Origin: a bacterium
GTDB taxonomy: Bacteria > SZUA-182 > DTGQ01 > JAFGSM01
Length of the DNA: 64,000 bases
Assembly (NCBI GenBank): GCA_049472315.1
Contig: JBLIRN010000013.1
Span: 1-64,000, forward strand
Reading direction: 5' to 3'
This document shows, piece by piece, positions 37,534 to 47,714 of the stretch. The first letter of the stretch is position 1. The number at the start of each line of letters is the position of its first letter. The notes under the pieces were generated by a model. The model saw only the letters and a list, made by a program, of their open reading frames with translations, did not search any database and had not been told where the DNA came from. Position numbers and translations under genes: made by a program.

Positions 37534-37840
37534 ATGGGGTCAGGTCTTGAATTGACAGTTTTTTGGAATAAACGCTCATGCCACCTTGTGGCGCCACGAA
37601 GCATGAAAATGCTATATTTTCAGATGAAACGCACATGAGCCGGATGAAACTGCGAATGTCGAATGTCGAATGTCGAATGTAGAATGTAGAAGTGAAACGC
37701 AGATGAGCCTTCGGCTCACAAAGAGGCATGAAAATACCCAAAGGGGATTTTCAGATGAATACAGAATATTTTCGAGACAAACCCTCATGCCCTTTCAGGG
37801 CGCCACGAAGCATGAAAATATGATTCTATTTTCGGAGCAA
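37534..37840. mobile_element. Second, one-ended copy of the MITE-like element with inserted (GAATGTC/A)5 heptamer repeat
   Basis: ATGGGGTCAGGTCTTGAATTGACAGTTTTT end; GGCGCCACGAAGCATGAAAAT units shared with 16297-16481. Confidence 0.7.
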
Positions 37841-37892
37841 GATTGAATATGGATAGAGCACCATATTGAAATGAAGAAAGGGTAGGTGGAAC

Positions 37893-39050
37893 ATGGATTA
37901 TTTCCTGACCGAAGACCAGCTCATGATCAAGGAGCTTTCACGACGGATTGCCGAGGAGCGCATAAAGCCGGTCAGGGCTGAACTTGATGAAAAAGAGGTG
38001 TTTCCGTGGGAGATCATCAAGGAGATGGCCACCTCCGACATGTTCGGGATCTTTATTCCCGAGGAGTTCGGAGGATTAGGCGGGGGATGCCTGGAACTCG
38101 TGCTGGCGGTGGAGGAATTGAGCCGGGCCTGCAGCGGGGTTGCCATCAGTTTCGCAGCCACCGCCCTGGGCAGCTTTCCCATTATTCTGTTTGGCTCCCA
38201 GGAGCAGAAGGAGCGGTATCTGCCTGATATCGCCGCAGGAAAACGTCTTGCCGCCTTCGCCCTCACCGAGCCGGATGCGGGTAGCGACGCAGGGGGCGTC
38301 AAGACATCCGCCCGTCTTGAGGGGGAGGAATACGTGCTCAACGGCACCAAGCAGTGGATCACCAACGGGGGGGAGGCGGAGGTCTATACGGTCATTGCCA
38401 TCACCAATCCGGCAAAGGGGATGAGGGGGGCGAGCGCCTTTATCGTGGAGAAGGGCACCCCCGGCTTCGATTTCGGGAAGAAGGAAAAGAAGATGGGGAT
38501 CAGGGCCTCGGCCACCAGGGAGCTGGTGTTCACCGATTGCAGGATTCCCAAGGCCAATCTGATCAGCAGGGAGGGGATGGGATTCATCGTTGCCATGAAG
38601 ACCCTCGACCAATCGAGACCCGGTATCGGGGCGCAGGCCATAGGTATCGCCCAGGGCGCCATGGAAGAGGCGATCGAGTATTCCCACCAGCGGGTGCAGT
38701 TCGGCCAGCCGATCTCGTCATTCCAGGCCGTCCAGCACATGCTCGCGGACATGGCCACACAGATCGAGGCTGCGCGTGCGCTGGTATACAGCGTGGCCCG
38801 TTTTATGGACAGCGGCACAAAGGATTTTTCCAAGGAGTCCGCCATGGTCAAGCTGTTCGCATCGGATGTGGCCATGAAGGTGACCATCGATGCGGTGCAG
38901 ATCCTGGGCGGATACGGGTACATGCGTGATTACCCGGTGGAGAAGATGATGAGGGACGCCAAGATCACCCAGATCTACGAAGGAACAAACCAGATCCAGC
39001 GGAATGTCATCGCCCTCGAGCTGCTCAAGTCAAGGGCAAAGGGGAACTGA
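37893..39050 (+). CDS. Acyl-CoA dehydrogenase (Bcd/CarC-like)
   Basis: [36 protein letters not shown]. Confidence 0.95.
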   Translation: MDYFLTEDQLMIKELSRRIAEERIKPVRAELDEKEVFPWEIIKEMATSDMFGIFIPEEFGGLGGGCLELVLAVEELSRACSGVAISFAATALGSFPIILFGSQEQKERYLPDIAAGKRLAAFALTEPDAGSDAGGVKTSARLEGEEYVLNGTKQWITNGGEAEVYTVIAITNPAKGMRGASAFIVEKGTPGFDFGKKEKKMGIRASATRELVFTDCRIPKANLISREGMGFIVAMKTLDQSRPGIGAQAIGIAQGAMEEAIEYSHQRVQFGQPISSFQAVQHMLADMATQIEAARALVYSVARFMDSGTKDFSKESAMVKLFASDVAMKVTIDAVQILGGYGYMRDYPVEKMMRDAKITQIYEGTNQIQRNVIALELLKSRAKGN

Positions 39051-39051
39051 G

Positions 39052-39837
39052 ATGGAGATCGTGGTATGTATAAAACAGGTCCCCGAAACCGGCAATATCC
39101 GGATCGATCCCCAGACCAACACCCTCATCCGGGAGGGCGTTCCCAGCATCATCAATCCCTTTGACCTGTATGCCCTCGAGGAGGGGATCAGGATCAAGGA
39201 GAAATGCGGGGGCACGGTGACGGTCATCTCCATGGGACCGCCCCAGGCTGATGCCGCCCTCAGGGAGGCTCTCTCGATGGGCGCGGACAGGGCCATACTG
39301 ATAAGCGACAAGCGGTTCAGCGGCGCCGACACCTGGGCCACCTCCTATACCCTCAGCCAGGCCATCCGGAAGATCGGTTCCTATGACCTGATCCTGTGCG
39401 GCAAACAGGCGATCGACGGGGATACCGCACAGGTGGGGCCGGAGTTGGCCCAAACCCTGGGGATTCCCGTTCTTACCTATGTGAAACACATAGAGGAGAT
39501 TTCCAAGGATCGAATACGGATACAGCGGATGATGGAGGATGGCTACGATGTCATGGAGTCCTCCCTGCCCGTAGTCTTGACCGTGGTGAAGGAGATCAAC
39601 ATCCCGCGTCTACCCTCCCTCAAGGGAAAGATGCGTGCCCGGAAGGAGGAGATCCCGGTGTGGAATGCGGAGGATATCGGTGCGGATCCCGCCCGGTGCG
39701 GGCTCAACGGCTCCGCCACCTGGGTGGTCAGGATCTTCTCCCCGGAGCCGAGGGCCTCGGGAAAGGTCTTCTCCGGGGAAAAGGAGGCGATGGTATCCTC
39801 GCTGGTGAGGGAGCTCAAAGAGGCGAAATTGATTTAA
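39052..39837 (+). CDS. etfB: Electron transfer flavoprotein beta subunit
   Basis: VCIKQVP, GADTWATS, DGDTAQVGP. Confidence 0.95.
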   Translation: MEIVVCIKQVPETGNIRIDPQTNTLIREGVPSIINPFDLYALEEGIRIKEKCGGTVTVISMGPPQADAALREALSMGADRAILISDKRFSGADTWATSYTLSQAIRKIGSYDLILCGKQAIDGDTAQVGPELAQTLGIPVLTYVKHIEEISKDRIRIQRMMEDGYDVMESSLPVVLTVVKEINIPRLPSLKGKMRARKEEIPVWNAEDIGADPARCGLNGSATWVVRIFSPEPRASGKVFSGEKEAMVSSLVRELKEAKLI

Positions 39838-39848
39838 GGGGAATGAGT

Positions 39849-41033
39849 ATGTACATAACCATACGTGAGGAACAATGCACCGGGTGCGAGGCCTGTATCC
39901 CTTCGTGCCCCTTCGGGGCAATCACCGTGGAGGGGGATGTCGCCCGTATCGGAGACGCCTGCAACCTCTGCAGGGCATGCATCGAGGTCTGCCCGGTCGG
40001 GGCCATCGAGTTCATCCGGAAGGACATCGAGGAGATGGGCCGCGGTGAGCACCGGGGGGTGTGGGTGTTCGCGGAGCAGCGGCACGGGCACCTTGCCGAG
40101 GTGGGCTACGAGCTCCTGGGCGCCGGGCGTGCACTTGCCGATCAACTGGACACAGAGCTGTGCGCCGTCGTATTCGGGCAGGGGTTTGATGTCCAGGCGG
40201 CCGGGCTCGCCGCCTATGGGGCGGACCGGGTTCTCCTGGTGGACGAACCCAGCCTCAACGAATTTCATAACGATCTGTATACGGCTGCGCTCACCGATCT
40301 TGTCCGAACCTACCAGCCGGAGATCCTCCTGGCGGGTGCGACCAGCATCGGGAGGTCCTTTTTCCCCATGGTGGCCGCCACGGTGGGAACCGGTCTTACC
40401 GCGGACTGCACCTCCCTGGGCATTGATCCGGAAAAACAAATACTTCTCCAGACAAGGCCCGCCTTCGGGGGAAATATCATGGCCACCATCGTTTGCCCCA
40501 AGCACCGTCCCCAGATGGCCACGGTGCGTCACAAGGTCATGAAAAAGCCGGAACCCGACGCCTCCCGAAAGGGGGAGGTGAGAAGGGAGAGGATCGACCT
40601 TTCCTCCGGGGCCTCTCGCACCGCCTTTATACGGTTTGTCGAGGACATGTCCGAGAAGGTCAACCTGACGGATGCCGACATCATCGTTGCGGGCGGACGG
40701 GGCATCGGAAAGCCGGAGCACTTCTCTCTCCTGAGGGAATTGGCCGAGCTTTTAAACGGCGCGGTGGGTGCGTCCAGGGCCGCCGTTGATGCCGACTGGA
40801 TCCCGTATTCCCACCAGGTAGGGCAGACCGGCAAGACCGTTTGTCCCAAACTCTATATCGCGTGCGGAATTTCCGGTGCGATCCAGCACCTGGTGGGCAT
40901 GCAGTCCTCCGAGGTGATCGTGGCCATCAACCGGGATCCTGATGCTCCGATCTTCAATGTTGCCAACTATGGATTGGTAGGGGATCTCTTCGAGATCGTG
41001 CCGGCGCTGATCAAGGAGATCAAACAGGCGTGA
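39849..41033 (+). CDS. etfA: Electron transfer flavoprotein alpha subunit with N-terminal 2x[4Fe-4S] ferredoxin
   Basis: [50 protein letters not shown]. Confidence 0.95.
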   Translation: MYITIREEQCTGCEACIPSCPFGAITVEGDVARIGDACNLCRACIEVCPVGAIEFIRKDIEEMGRGEHRGVWVFAEQRHGHLAEVGYELLGAGRALADQLDTELCAVVFGQGFDVQAAGLAAYGADRVLLVDEPSLNEFHNDLYTAALTDLVRTYQPEILLAGATSIGRSFFPMVAATVGTGLTADCTSLGIDPEKQILLQTRPAFGGNIMATIVCPKHRPQMATVRHKVMKKPEPDASRKGEVRRERIDLSSGASRTAFIRFVEDMSEKVNLTDADIIVAGGRGIGKPEHFSLLRELAELLNGAVGASRAAVDADWIPYSHQVGQTGKTVCPKLYIACGISGAIQHLVGMQSSEVIVAINRDPDAPIFNVANYGLVGDLFEIVPALIKEIKQA

Positions 41034-41088
41034 ACGGGCGCGAAGGCGGTGTACTCCGAGTGCATACCTACGTGAAGGATGGTGTCCT

Positions 41089-42012
41089 ATAAACAAGCGG
41101 GCCTTCATATTTCCCGGACAGGGATCGCAATTCGTGGGTATGGGAAGGGACGTCTATGAGCGGTATCCCGAGGCCCGGGAGGTATACGATCAGGCATCCG
41201 AGGCAGTGGCCTTTGATTTAAAAGGCCTTTGTTTTCAAGGCCCTGAAGATACCCTCTCATTGACAACCTACACCCAACCTGCTATATTGACTACCAGTCT
41301 TGCCCTCTGGGCATGCCTTGGGAATCCGGACACGGCATTTTTCGCCGGACACAGTCTGGGAGAGTTCACCGCAATGGCTGCGGGAGGGGCCCTTGACTGG
41401 GCGGATGCCGCCAGATTGGTCATGGCGCGAGGACGCTCCATGCAGGATGCCGTGCCCTCCGGTGAAGGGGCCATGGCCGCGGTGATCGGCCTGGAGAATC
41501 AGGCCGTGGAGGAGGTGTGCACCCGGGCATGGGAAACAGGACGGGTATGGCCTGCCAACTACAATTGCCCCGGCCAGGTGGTGATCACCGGAGAAGGGCC
41601 GGGAGTGGAGAAGGCCATGGCGCTTGCACGGGAGAAGGGGGCCAGGCATGTGCTCCTGCTCCCCGTCAGCATCCCTTCCCACTGTCCACTGATGGAGCCG
41701 GCTGCCTCCCTGCTGGCACAGGCACTGGATGCAATCGCATTGGGGGACTCGCGGGTACCTATCCTCTCCAACTCCCGGGCGGTTCCGGTGCAGAAGAGGG
41801 TTGATCTGAGGGGCATCATGATCGAGCAGATGACCTCACCGGTTCGATGGGATGATGGTGTCCGGTTCATGATCAGGGAAGGGGTGACGACCTTTATCGA
41901 GGTGGGACCGGGAAAGGTGCTCACCGGACTGGTCCGGAGGATAGACAAGGGGGTGGAGGTCATCACCATATCCGATGTCCCGAGTTTGGAACACTATAAG
42001 GAGACCTTGTGA
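41089..42012 (+). CDS. fabD: Malonyl-CoA:ACP transacylase (apparent ATA start)
   Basis: AFIFPGQGSQ upstream of the ORF-track start, GHSLGE, QMTSPVRW, EVGPGKVL. Confidence 0.95.
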   Translation: MNKRAFIFPGQGSQFVGMGRDVYERYPEAREVYDQASEAVAFDLKGLCFQGPEDTLSLTTYTQPAILTTSLALWACLGNPDTAFFAGHSLGEFTAMAAGGALDWADAARLVMARGRSMQDAVPSGEGAMAAVIGLENQAVEEVCTRAWETGRVWPANYNCPGQVVITGEGPGVEKAMALAREKGARHVLLLPVSIPSHCPLMEPAASLLAQALDAIALGDSRVPILSNSRAVPVQKRVDLRGIMIEQMTSPVRWDDGVRFMIREGVTTFIEVGPGKVLTGLVRRIDKGVEVITISDVPSLEHYKETL

Positions 42013-42764
42013 TGAGTGATTTTTTCGGGCTCGACGGGAAGGTCGCGCTGGTAACCGGGGCCGCCCAAGGCATCGGATACGGAATCGTGCGTGAGCTCGT
42101 CTCCCATGGGGTGAAGGTCGCGCTTGCCGATGTAAATGAAGCGGTTCTCGATCGGCTGGTTAAGGAGGAGGGGAAGTTCCTTGCAGACGCCCTGACCCTG
42201 CGCATGGATGTCTCTCAGGCAGCGGATGTCGACCAGGGGATCAGGAGGATCATTGATACCTTCGGATCATTGGACATCCTGGTGAACAATGCCGGCATCG
42301 TTCGGGATGCCCTGGTCATGAGAATGAAGGAGGAGGACTGGGACCAGGTGCTCGACATCAATCTCAAGGGGGCCTTTTTGTGTGCCAAGGTCGCCGCCAG
42401 CTCAATGATGAAATCGCGATGGGGCCGGATCGTCAATATCTCCTCCGTGGTGGGACAGATGGGGAACCCCGGGCAGACGAATTATTCCGCTGCCAAGGCG
42501 GGGATGATCGGGCTCACCAAGACCCTGGCCAAGGAACTTGCGCCTCGGGGCATAACGGTCAATGCAATCGCTCCGGGCTATATAGAGACGTCCATGACCG
42601 CGCGTCTCAGCGATACGGTCAAGGATACCATGTTGCGCATGATACCTTTGGGGCGATTCGGGCAGATCGATGATATCGCGTTTATGGTGGTCGTGCTGGC
42701 CTCGAAACAGGCGGGATATATCACCGGTCAGGTGATCCCCGTGAACGGCGGGATATACATGTAA
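42012..42764 (+). CDS. fabG: 3-oxoacyl-ACP reductase
   Basis: TGAAQGIG, NNAGI, YSAAKAG. Confidence 0.96.
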   Translation: MSDFFGLDGKVALVTGAAQGIGYGIVRELVSHGVKVALADVNEAVLDRLVKEEGKFLADALTLRMDVSQAADVDQGIRRIIDTFGSLDILVNNAGIVRDALVMRMKEEDWDQVLDINLKGAFLCAKVAASSMMKSRWGRIVNISSVVGQMGNPGQTNYSAAKAGMIGLTKTLAKELAPRGITVNAIAPGYIETSMTARLSDTVKDTMLRMIPLGRFGQIDDIAFMVVVLASKQAGYITGQVIPVNGGIYM

Positions 42765-42836
42765 GCCACGCAGGTTCATTTCTTGAACGCGGGTAGGTAC
42801 TGTGGATTAAACAATTTTTCGTGTGCGGAGGGCACT

Positions 42837-43079
42837 ATGGCAGAGAAGGTAAAGGACAGGGTAACAAAGATAATCGTTGACCAATTGGGCGTGGATACAA
42901 AGGAGGTAACCCCTCAGGCATCCTTTATCGAGGATCTGGGTGCCGATTCCCTGGATATCGTCGAATTGGTGATGGCCCTGGAAGAGGAATTCGATCTCGA
43001 GATCTCCGACGAAGAGGCCGAGAGGATTACGAAGGTTCAAGAGGCGGTTGAGTTCATCGAATCACACGTCACGCAATAA
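42837..43079 (+). CDS. acpP: Acyl carrier protein
   Basis: [20 protein letters not shown]. Confidence 0.98.
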   Translation: MAEKVKDRVTKIIVDQLGVDTKEVTPQASFIEDLGADSLDIVELVMALEEEFDLEISDEEAERITKVQEAVEFIESHVTQ

Positions 43080-43092
43080 ACAGGGATCTTGC

Positions 43093-44340
43093 ATGAGGCA
43101 GAGGAGGACCGTTATAACCGGTCTTGGGGTCATCACCCCTCTCGGATGCACTCTCGAGAAGTTCTGGACCGGACTGTCCAGTGGAAAATCCGGAGTCGGG
43201 CGGATAACCAGATTTGATCCCGAAGGGTTCGATACCCGGATTGCATCGGAGGTAAAGGACTTCGAACCGGAAAGGTATGTTCCCCAGAAGGATCTGAAGC
43301 GGATGGATACCTTTATCCAATACGCCCTGGCCGCCTCCATTATGGCGGTGGAGGATGCGGGACTTCCACTGGAGGCGATGGACAGGAACCAGGTCGGGGT
43401 GCTGATCGGCTCGGGCATCGGAGGAATGCAGGCGATTGAAAAATATCATACCATCCTCCGGGAAAAGGGCCCGAAGCGAATCTCTCCCTTCTTCATCCCC
43501 ATGTCCATCATCAATCTCGCGTCGGGTATCGTTTCGATGCATTTCGGGGTTAAGGGGCCGAACACCGCTGTGGTCACTGCATGTGCAACAGGGACCCATG
43601 CCATCGGTGATGCTTTCCGGATCGTCCAGAGGGGCGATGCGGATGTGATGATTGCCGGGGGTTCCGAGTCGGTGCTCACGCCCCTGGCGGTGGCCGGCTT
43701 TTGTGCCATGAATGCGCTTTCAACCCGGAATGACGATCCGGAGAGGGCCAGCCGTCCCTTTGAGCGCACCAGGGATGGGTTCATCATGGGAGAGGGGGCC
43801 GGCGTGGTGGTCATTGAGGAGAGGGAGGCTGCGCTCTCCAGAGGCGCGCGGATCTATGCGGAGATCCTGGGGTATGGTGCGTCCAGTGATGCCTACCATA
43901 TTTCCGCCCCTGATCCGGATGCGGAGGGTGCATGTCTTGCAATAAGCAGGGCGTTGGATGATTCGGGTATCCCCCGGGAGGAGTTTGAATGCATCAATGC
44001 CCATGGGACCTCCACCCCCCTTAACGATCGCATGGAAACCATGGCCATCAAAAGGATCTTTGGGGCGCATGCCGGCGATATCTTCATCAGCGCGAATAAA
44101 TCCATGCTCGGACACCTGCTCGGTGCCGCCGGAGGGGTCGAGGTGGTTGCAAGCTGCCTGATGATCCTTCACGGCATCATACCCCCGACGATCAATTACG
44201 AAGAGCCTGATCCCGAATGTGACCTCAACTACTGTCCGAACAGGGCGGTGAAAAGAGAGGTTCAATACGTTTTGAAAAATTCCTTCGGTTTCGGGGGGAC
44301 CAATGCGAGCCTTGTGTTGGGTGCGCCTGACGCGACCTGA
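43093..44340 (+). CDS. fabF: 3-oxoacyl-ACP synthase II
   Basis: [27 protein letters not shown]. Confidence 0.97.
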   Translation: MRQRRTVITGLGVITPLGCTLEKFWTGLSSGKSGVGRITRFDPEGFDTRIASEVKDFEPERYVPQKDLKRMDTFIQYALAASIMAVEDAGLPLEAMDRNQVGVLIGSGIGGMQAIEKYHTILREKGPKRISPFFIPMSIINLASGIVSMHFGVKGPNTAVVTACATGTHAIGDAFRIVQRGDADVMIAGGSESVLTPLAVAGFCAMNALSTRNDDPERASRPFERTRDGFIMGEGAGVVVIEEREAALSRGARIYAEILGYGASSDAYHISAPDPDAEGACLAISRALDDSGIPREEFECINAHGTSTPLNDRMETMAIKRIFGAHAGDIFISANKSMLGHLLGAAGGVEVVASCLMILHGIIPPTINYEEPDPECDLNYCPNRAVKREVQYVLKNSFGFGGTNASLVLGAPDAT

Positions 44341-44422
44341 CGGTGGAGCGAACGAGAGGAGGGCAGGGTTTCGTTTCCGCATGAAGTCGTGAGGACATGT
44401 GAGAGGGGATTGTGAAACCGGT

Positions 44423-45145
44423 ATGAAGGGCAGCACGAAGCTAAAGCTACTCCAGAGACGTCTCGGATACGCCTTCCGCAACATCCGTCTCCTCGCGACT
44501 GCCCTCACTCATAAGTCCTTTATAAACGAGGCGTCCGACAAGGAGAATGCCTGTGATAACGAACGGCTGGAGTTTCTGGGGGATGCGGTTCTGGGGCTGG
44601 TGATAAGCGACTTTTTGGTCCAGGGATTCCCCGATTACTCCGAGGGGCAGCTATCACGGATCAAGGGATTCATCGTGAGCGAATCCTTCCTTTTCGAAAT
44701 CGCCAAGGAGTTGGAACTGGGCCCCTGTCTTCTCCTTGGCCGCGGAGAGGAGAATTCCGGGGGGAGGCTGAAGCGGTCTATCCTTGCGGATGCCGTTGAG
44801 GCGGTTATTGCGGGGATCTACCTGGATGGAGGGTTTACGAGTGCCCATGATTTCGTCATCCGCCATATGGGGGCACGGATCATAAACCTGACAGGGGGGG
44901 AGGGGCATTGTATCCCTGAGTATAAGACCATCCTGCAGGAGTATTCGCAAGGCGAATATGGGTGTATCCCCATCTATAAGGTGGTTTCGGAAAGGGGAGA
45001 GGATCACAATCCCGAGTTCGAGGTGAATCTATTTATCGATGATAAACTGTGCGGAAAGGGGAAAGGGGGAAGCAAGAGGAGGGCAGAACAGAACGCCGCA
45101 CTCAATGCGCTGTTGAAAATGAAGAGCAATGAATTCGACCATTAA
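44423..45145 (+). CDS. rnc: Ribonuclease III
   Basis: NERLEFLGDAVL, C-terminal dsRBD. Confidence 0.97.
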   Translation: MKGSTKLKLLQRRLGYAFRNIRLLATALTHKSFINEASDKENACDNERLEFLGDAVLGLVISDFLVQGFPDYSEGQLSRIKGFIVSESFLFEIAKELELGPCLLLGRGEENSGGRLKRSILADAVEAVIAGIYLDGGFTSAHDFVIRHMGARIINLTGGEGHCIPEYKTILQEYSQGEYGCIPIYKVVSERGEDHNPEFEVNLFIDDKLCGKGKGGSKRRAEQNAALNALLKMKSNEFDH

Positions 45146-45220
45146 ACAAAGTCGTTGATTTTTAATGCTATAACCGTATGCGAAAACATAACAGTAAAGA
45201 AGGGAAGGTGTAGGAAGCCA

Positions 45221-45430
45221 ATGTTCGGTATTGGTATGCCTGAAATGATAGTGATTTTAATCATCGTCTTGATTATCTTTGGTGCGGGGAAGCTTCCGGA
45301 GATCGGGAGTGGCCTGGGAAAGGGCATCAAGAACTTCAAAAAGGCCGCACAGGGAACGGATGAAATCGAGGTCACCCCGGAAAAAAAGGAGGACGAAGAG
45401 GGAAAGAAGAAGATAGAAGAGAAATCATAA
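45221..45430 (+). CDS. tatA: Twin-arginine translocase TatA
   Basis: [23 protein letters not shown]. Confidence 0.95.
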   Translation: MFGIGMPEMIVILIIVLIIFGAGKLPEIGSGLGKGIKNFKKAAQGTDEIEVTPEKKEDEEGKKKIEEKS

Positions 45431-45480
45431 TATATTCAGATTGTTATAGGGAAAGGAGAGGTTTAGGGGCGCAGGTGTCC

Positions 45481-45759
45481 CTAAACCTTTACATTTTCCT
45501 TGCCCGCTGTCTTGGAACCCTTTTCTGTCTTTTTTTCTTCAGCACCCCTTTTTTCCCCCTCCATTCCCTGCTTACGATCCTTTGAAGGGAAATCAGTGAC
45601 ATACCATCCCGACCCCTTAAAAATGATTGCCGGAGGAGCAATCAACTTCTTGAGCCGGCCGGAGCATTTCGGACATTCGGTGATCGGAGGATCGGAAAAA
45701 TTTTGCCTGATTTCGGTTTTTAAGCCGCACTTTTCACATTCATACTCATAAATCGGCAT
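45481..45759 (-). CDS. FmdB family zinc-ribbon protein
   Basis: MPIYEYECEKCG...CPKC...FKGSGWYVTD. Confidence 0.93.
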   Translation of the reverse strand: MPIYEYECEKCGLKTEIRQNFSDPPITECPKCSGRLKKLIAPPAIIFKGSGWYVTDFPSKDRKQGMEGEKRGAEEKKTEKGSKTAGKENVKV

Positions 45760-45820
45760 TGCATTGCCTCCGTGTCATATGGTTCACACAGCATGTATAC
45801 TACGAATAATCAATGAAATA

Positions 45821-46086
45821 TAATAATAGCAGATGAGGATATCCTTGACAAGATTCATGGGAAGGTTCATGTATTCTGCAGGTCGCTTGTGGATAAATCG
45901 TCTTTCTCACATGATTGTGTCAGGAGGGTGGGAAAGGGTTGATAAACACGCTTTAACTATTTGTTTTTATGAATTAAAAAACAGTGCCTAAAATGCAGGC
46001 ACCTTGTTATTTGATCAGCAATGACAGGGAATTTGCCTCCGGTAGGTACGGGTTATCCACAGCCTTTTCACAGGTTCTGTGGACAT
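45821..46086. promoter_or_regulatory. DnaA-box cluster (candidate oriC or DnaA-titration locus)
   Basis: Perfect TGTGGATAA (45888-45896) and TTATCCACA (46053-46061), several degenerate boxes, AT-rich tracts. Confidence 0.55.
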
Positions 46087-46226
46087 CCGGGTGAACGTAC
46101 GGATAGCAAAAAGGGCATGCGCGGTTCTTGGACCCTATGGCGCATGCTTCCGAAGCCGCTTGGCCGTAAAGGGCATGGTTTGAGGTCTGCAAGAGGGGAC
46201 AATGAGCGAGAGGAGGAACAAGGGAG

Positions 46227-47642
46227 ATGCTTCGTCTTGATGTCAACAATATGATGCAGGATATGGTGGGATCGGAAAGGGGGATCACCCGGGACATGAT
46301 TGAGGCGGTTCAGGGCAGGATCTCCCGTGCTCAGGCCAGGATGCGGCAACGGGAACAGATGGGATTCACTGCGCTCCCCTTTCAGGAGGAAGCCCTCGAT
46401 CCGGTCATGCAAACCGCACAAGGGATATGCGAGGACTGGGAGAACTTCGTGCTTGTGGGAATCGGTGGATCCGCATTGGGCCCCATTGCGGTTCACACGG
46501 CCCTGTGCCATGACGGGTACAATATGCTTCCCGCCAAGAAAAGGGGAGGCCGTCCCCGGATATTTTTTCTGGACAATATCGATCCCGACCGCATCGGCGC
46601 ACTGTTTGACCTTCTCGATGACAGCCTGGGACGCACCCTTTTCAATGTGGTTACCAAATCAGGGGGCACCGCGGAAACCCTGGCAAATTTTCTGGCCTTC
46701 AGGGAGCGGTTGCGCAGACGACTGGGCATACAGGACGTATCGCGGCACTTTGTGGCCACCACCGACCCTGAATCGGGGACCCTCCGGCAGATAGCCCTCG
46801 AGGAAGGATACCCCATACTCACCATTCCGAAGGGGGTAGGAGGGAGGTTCTCCGTGTTGACCCCCGTGGGTCTCCTCCCCTCGGCGGTGGCGGGGATCGA
46901 TATATCATCCCTGCTTGCTGGGGCACGGCACATGGATCAGCTCTGCCAGCGGGACGACCTGTGGGAGAATCCCGCATATTGCAAGGGGGCCCTCGACTAC
47001 ATCGCGGATGTCACCCTGGGAAAACGTATACAGGTCATGATGCCCTACAGTCACCGTCTGCGTGATGTGGCCGATTGGTATCGGCAGCTCTGGGCGGAGA
47101 GCCTGGGAAAGCGGTATGATCTTGAAGGGAAGGAGGTATGGAGCGGTACCACCCCGGTCAAGGCGCTCGGTGCGACCGATCAGCACTCCCAGCTCCAGCT
47201 TTATCTGGAAGGACCGGATGATAAGGTCATCACCTTCCTCGCAGTGGAGGAATGCGACCATCAGCCTCCCATCCCCCGGGAATTTCCCGATAAACAGGGA
47301 ATTTCATACCTTGGCGGTCATACGGTCAATCAGCTCTTCGATGCGGAGCGGATGGCCACGCAATTCGCCCTGCTCAAGGCAGGGAGGCTGACCAGCACCA
47401 TCACCCTTCAACGTGTCACCCCCTTCAGCCTTGGGGAGCTTCTGTATTTCTTTGAAATGGAGACCGCCTTTGTAGGGTACCTTTACGGAATCAATCCCTT
47501 TGATCAGCCGGGTGTGGAGGAAGGGAAAAGGGCAACGAACGGGATGATGGGCAGGCCGGGATTCGAAGGGAAACGGGAGGAGGTGGAGGCAATGGTGCGC
47601 ACCAAGAATCCAGCCTATATCATAGCATCCCCGGAGGTATAA
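46227..47642 (+). CDS. pgi: Glucose-6-phosphate isomerase
   Basis: GIGGSALG, KSGGTAET, VGGRFSV, QLWAESLGK, DQPGVEEGK. Confidence 0.96.
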   Translation: MLRLDVNNMMQDMVGSERGITRDMIEAVQGRISRAQARMRQREQMGFTALPFQEEALDPVMQTAQGICEDWENFVLVGIGGSALGPIAVHTALCHDGYNMLPAKKRGGRPRIFFLDNIDPDRIGALFDLLDDSLGRTLFNVVTKSGGTAETLANFLAFRERLRRRLGIQDVSRHFVATTDPESGTLRQIALEEGYPILTIPKGVGGRFSVLTPVGLLPSAVAGIDISSLLAGARHMDQLCQRDDLWENPAYCKGALDYIADVTLGKRIQVMMPYSHRLRDVADWYRQLWAESLGKRYDLEGKEVWSGTTPVKALGATDQHSQLQLYLEGPDDKVITFLAVEECDHQPPIPREFPDKQGISYLGGHTVNQLFDAERMATQFALLKAGRLTSTITLQRVTPFSLGELLYFFEMETAFVGYLYGINPFDQPGVEEGKRATNGMMGRPGFEGKREEVEAMVRTKNPAYIIASPEV

Positions 47643-47714
47643 CAGATGCACCTGAGCCGCATCGAACATTCCCACATACCGTAAAACATTCAGCGTGTTC
47701 GGAAGGAGAAGGAT

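Noticed and set aside
39396..39848. N-terminal extension of EtfA in the ORF track
   Set aside because: Overlaps etfB in another frame; the real start is at 39843 or 39849
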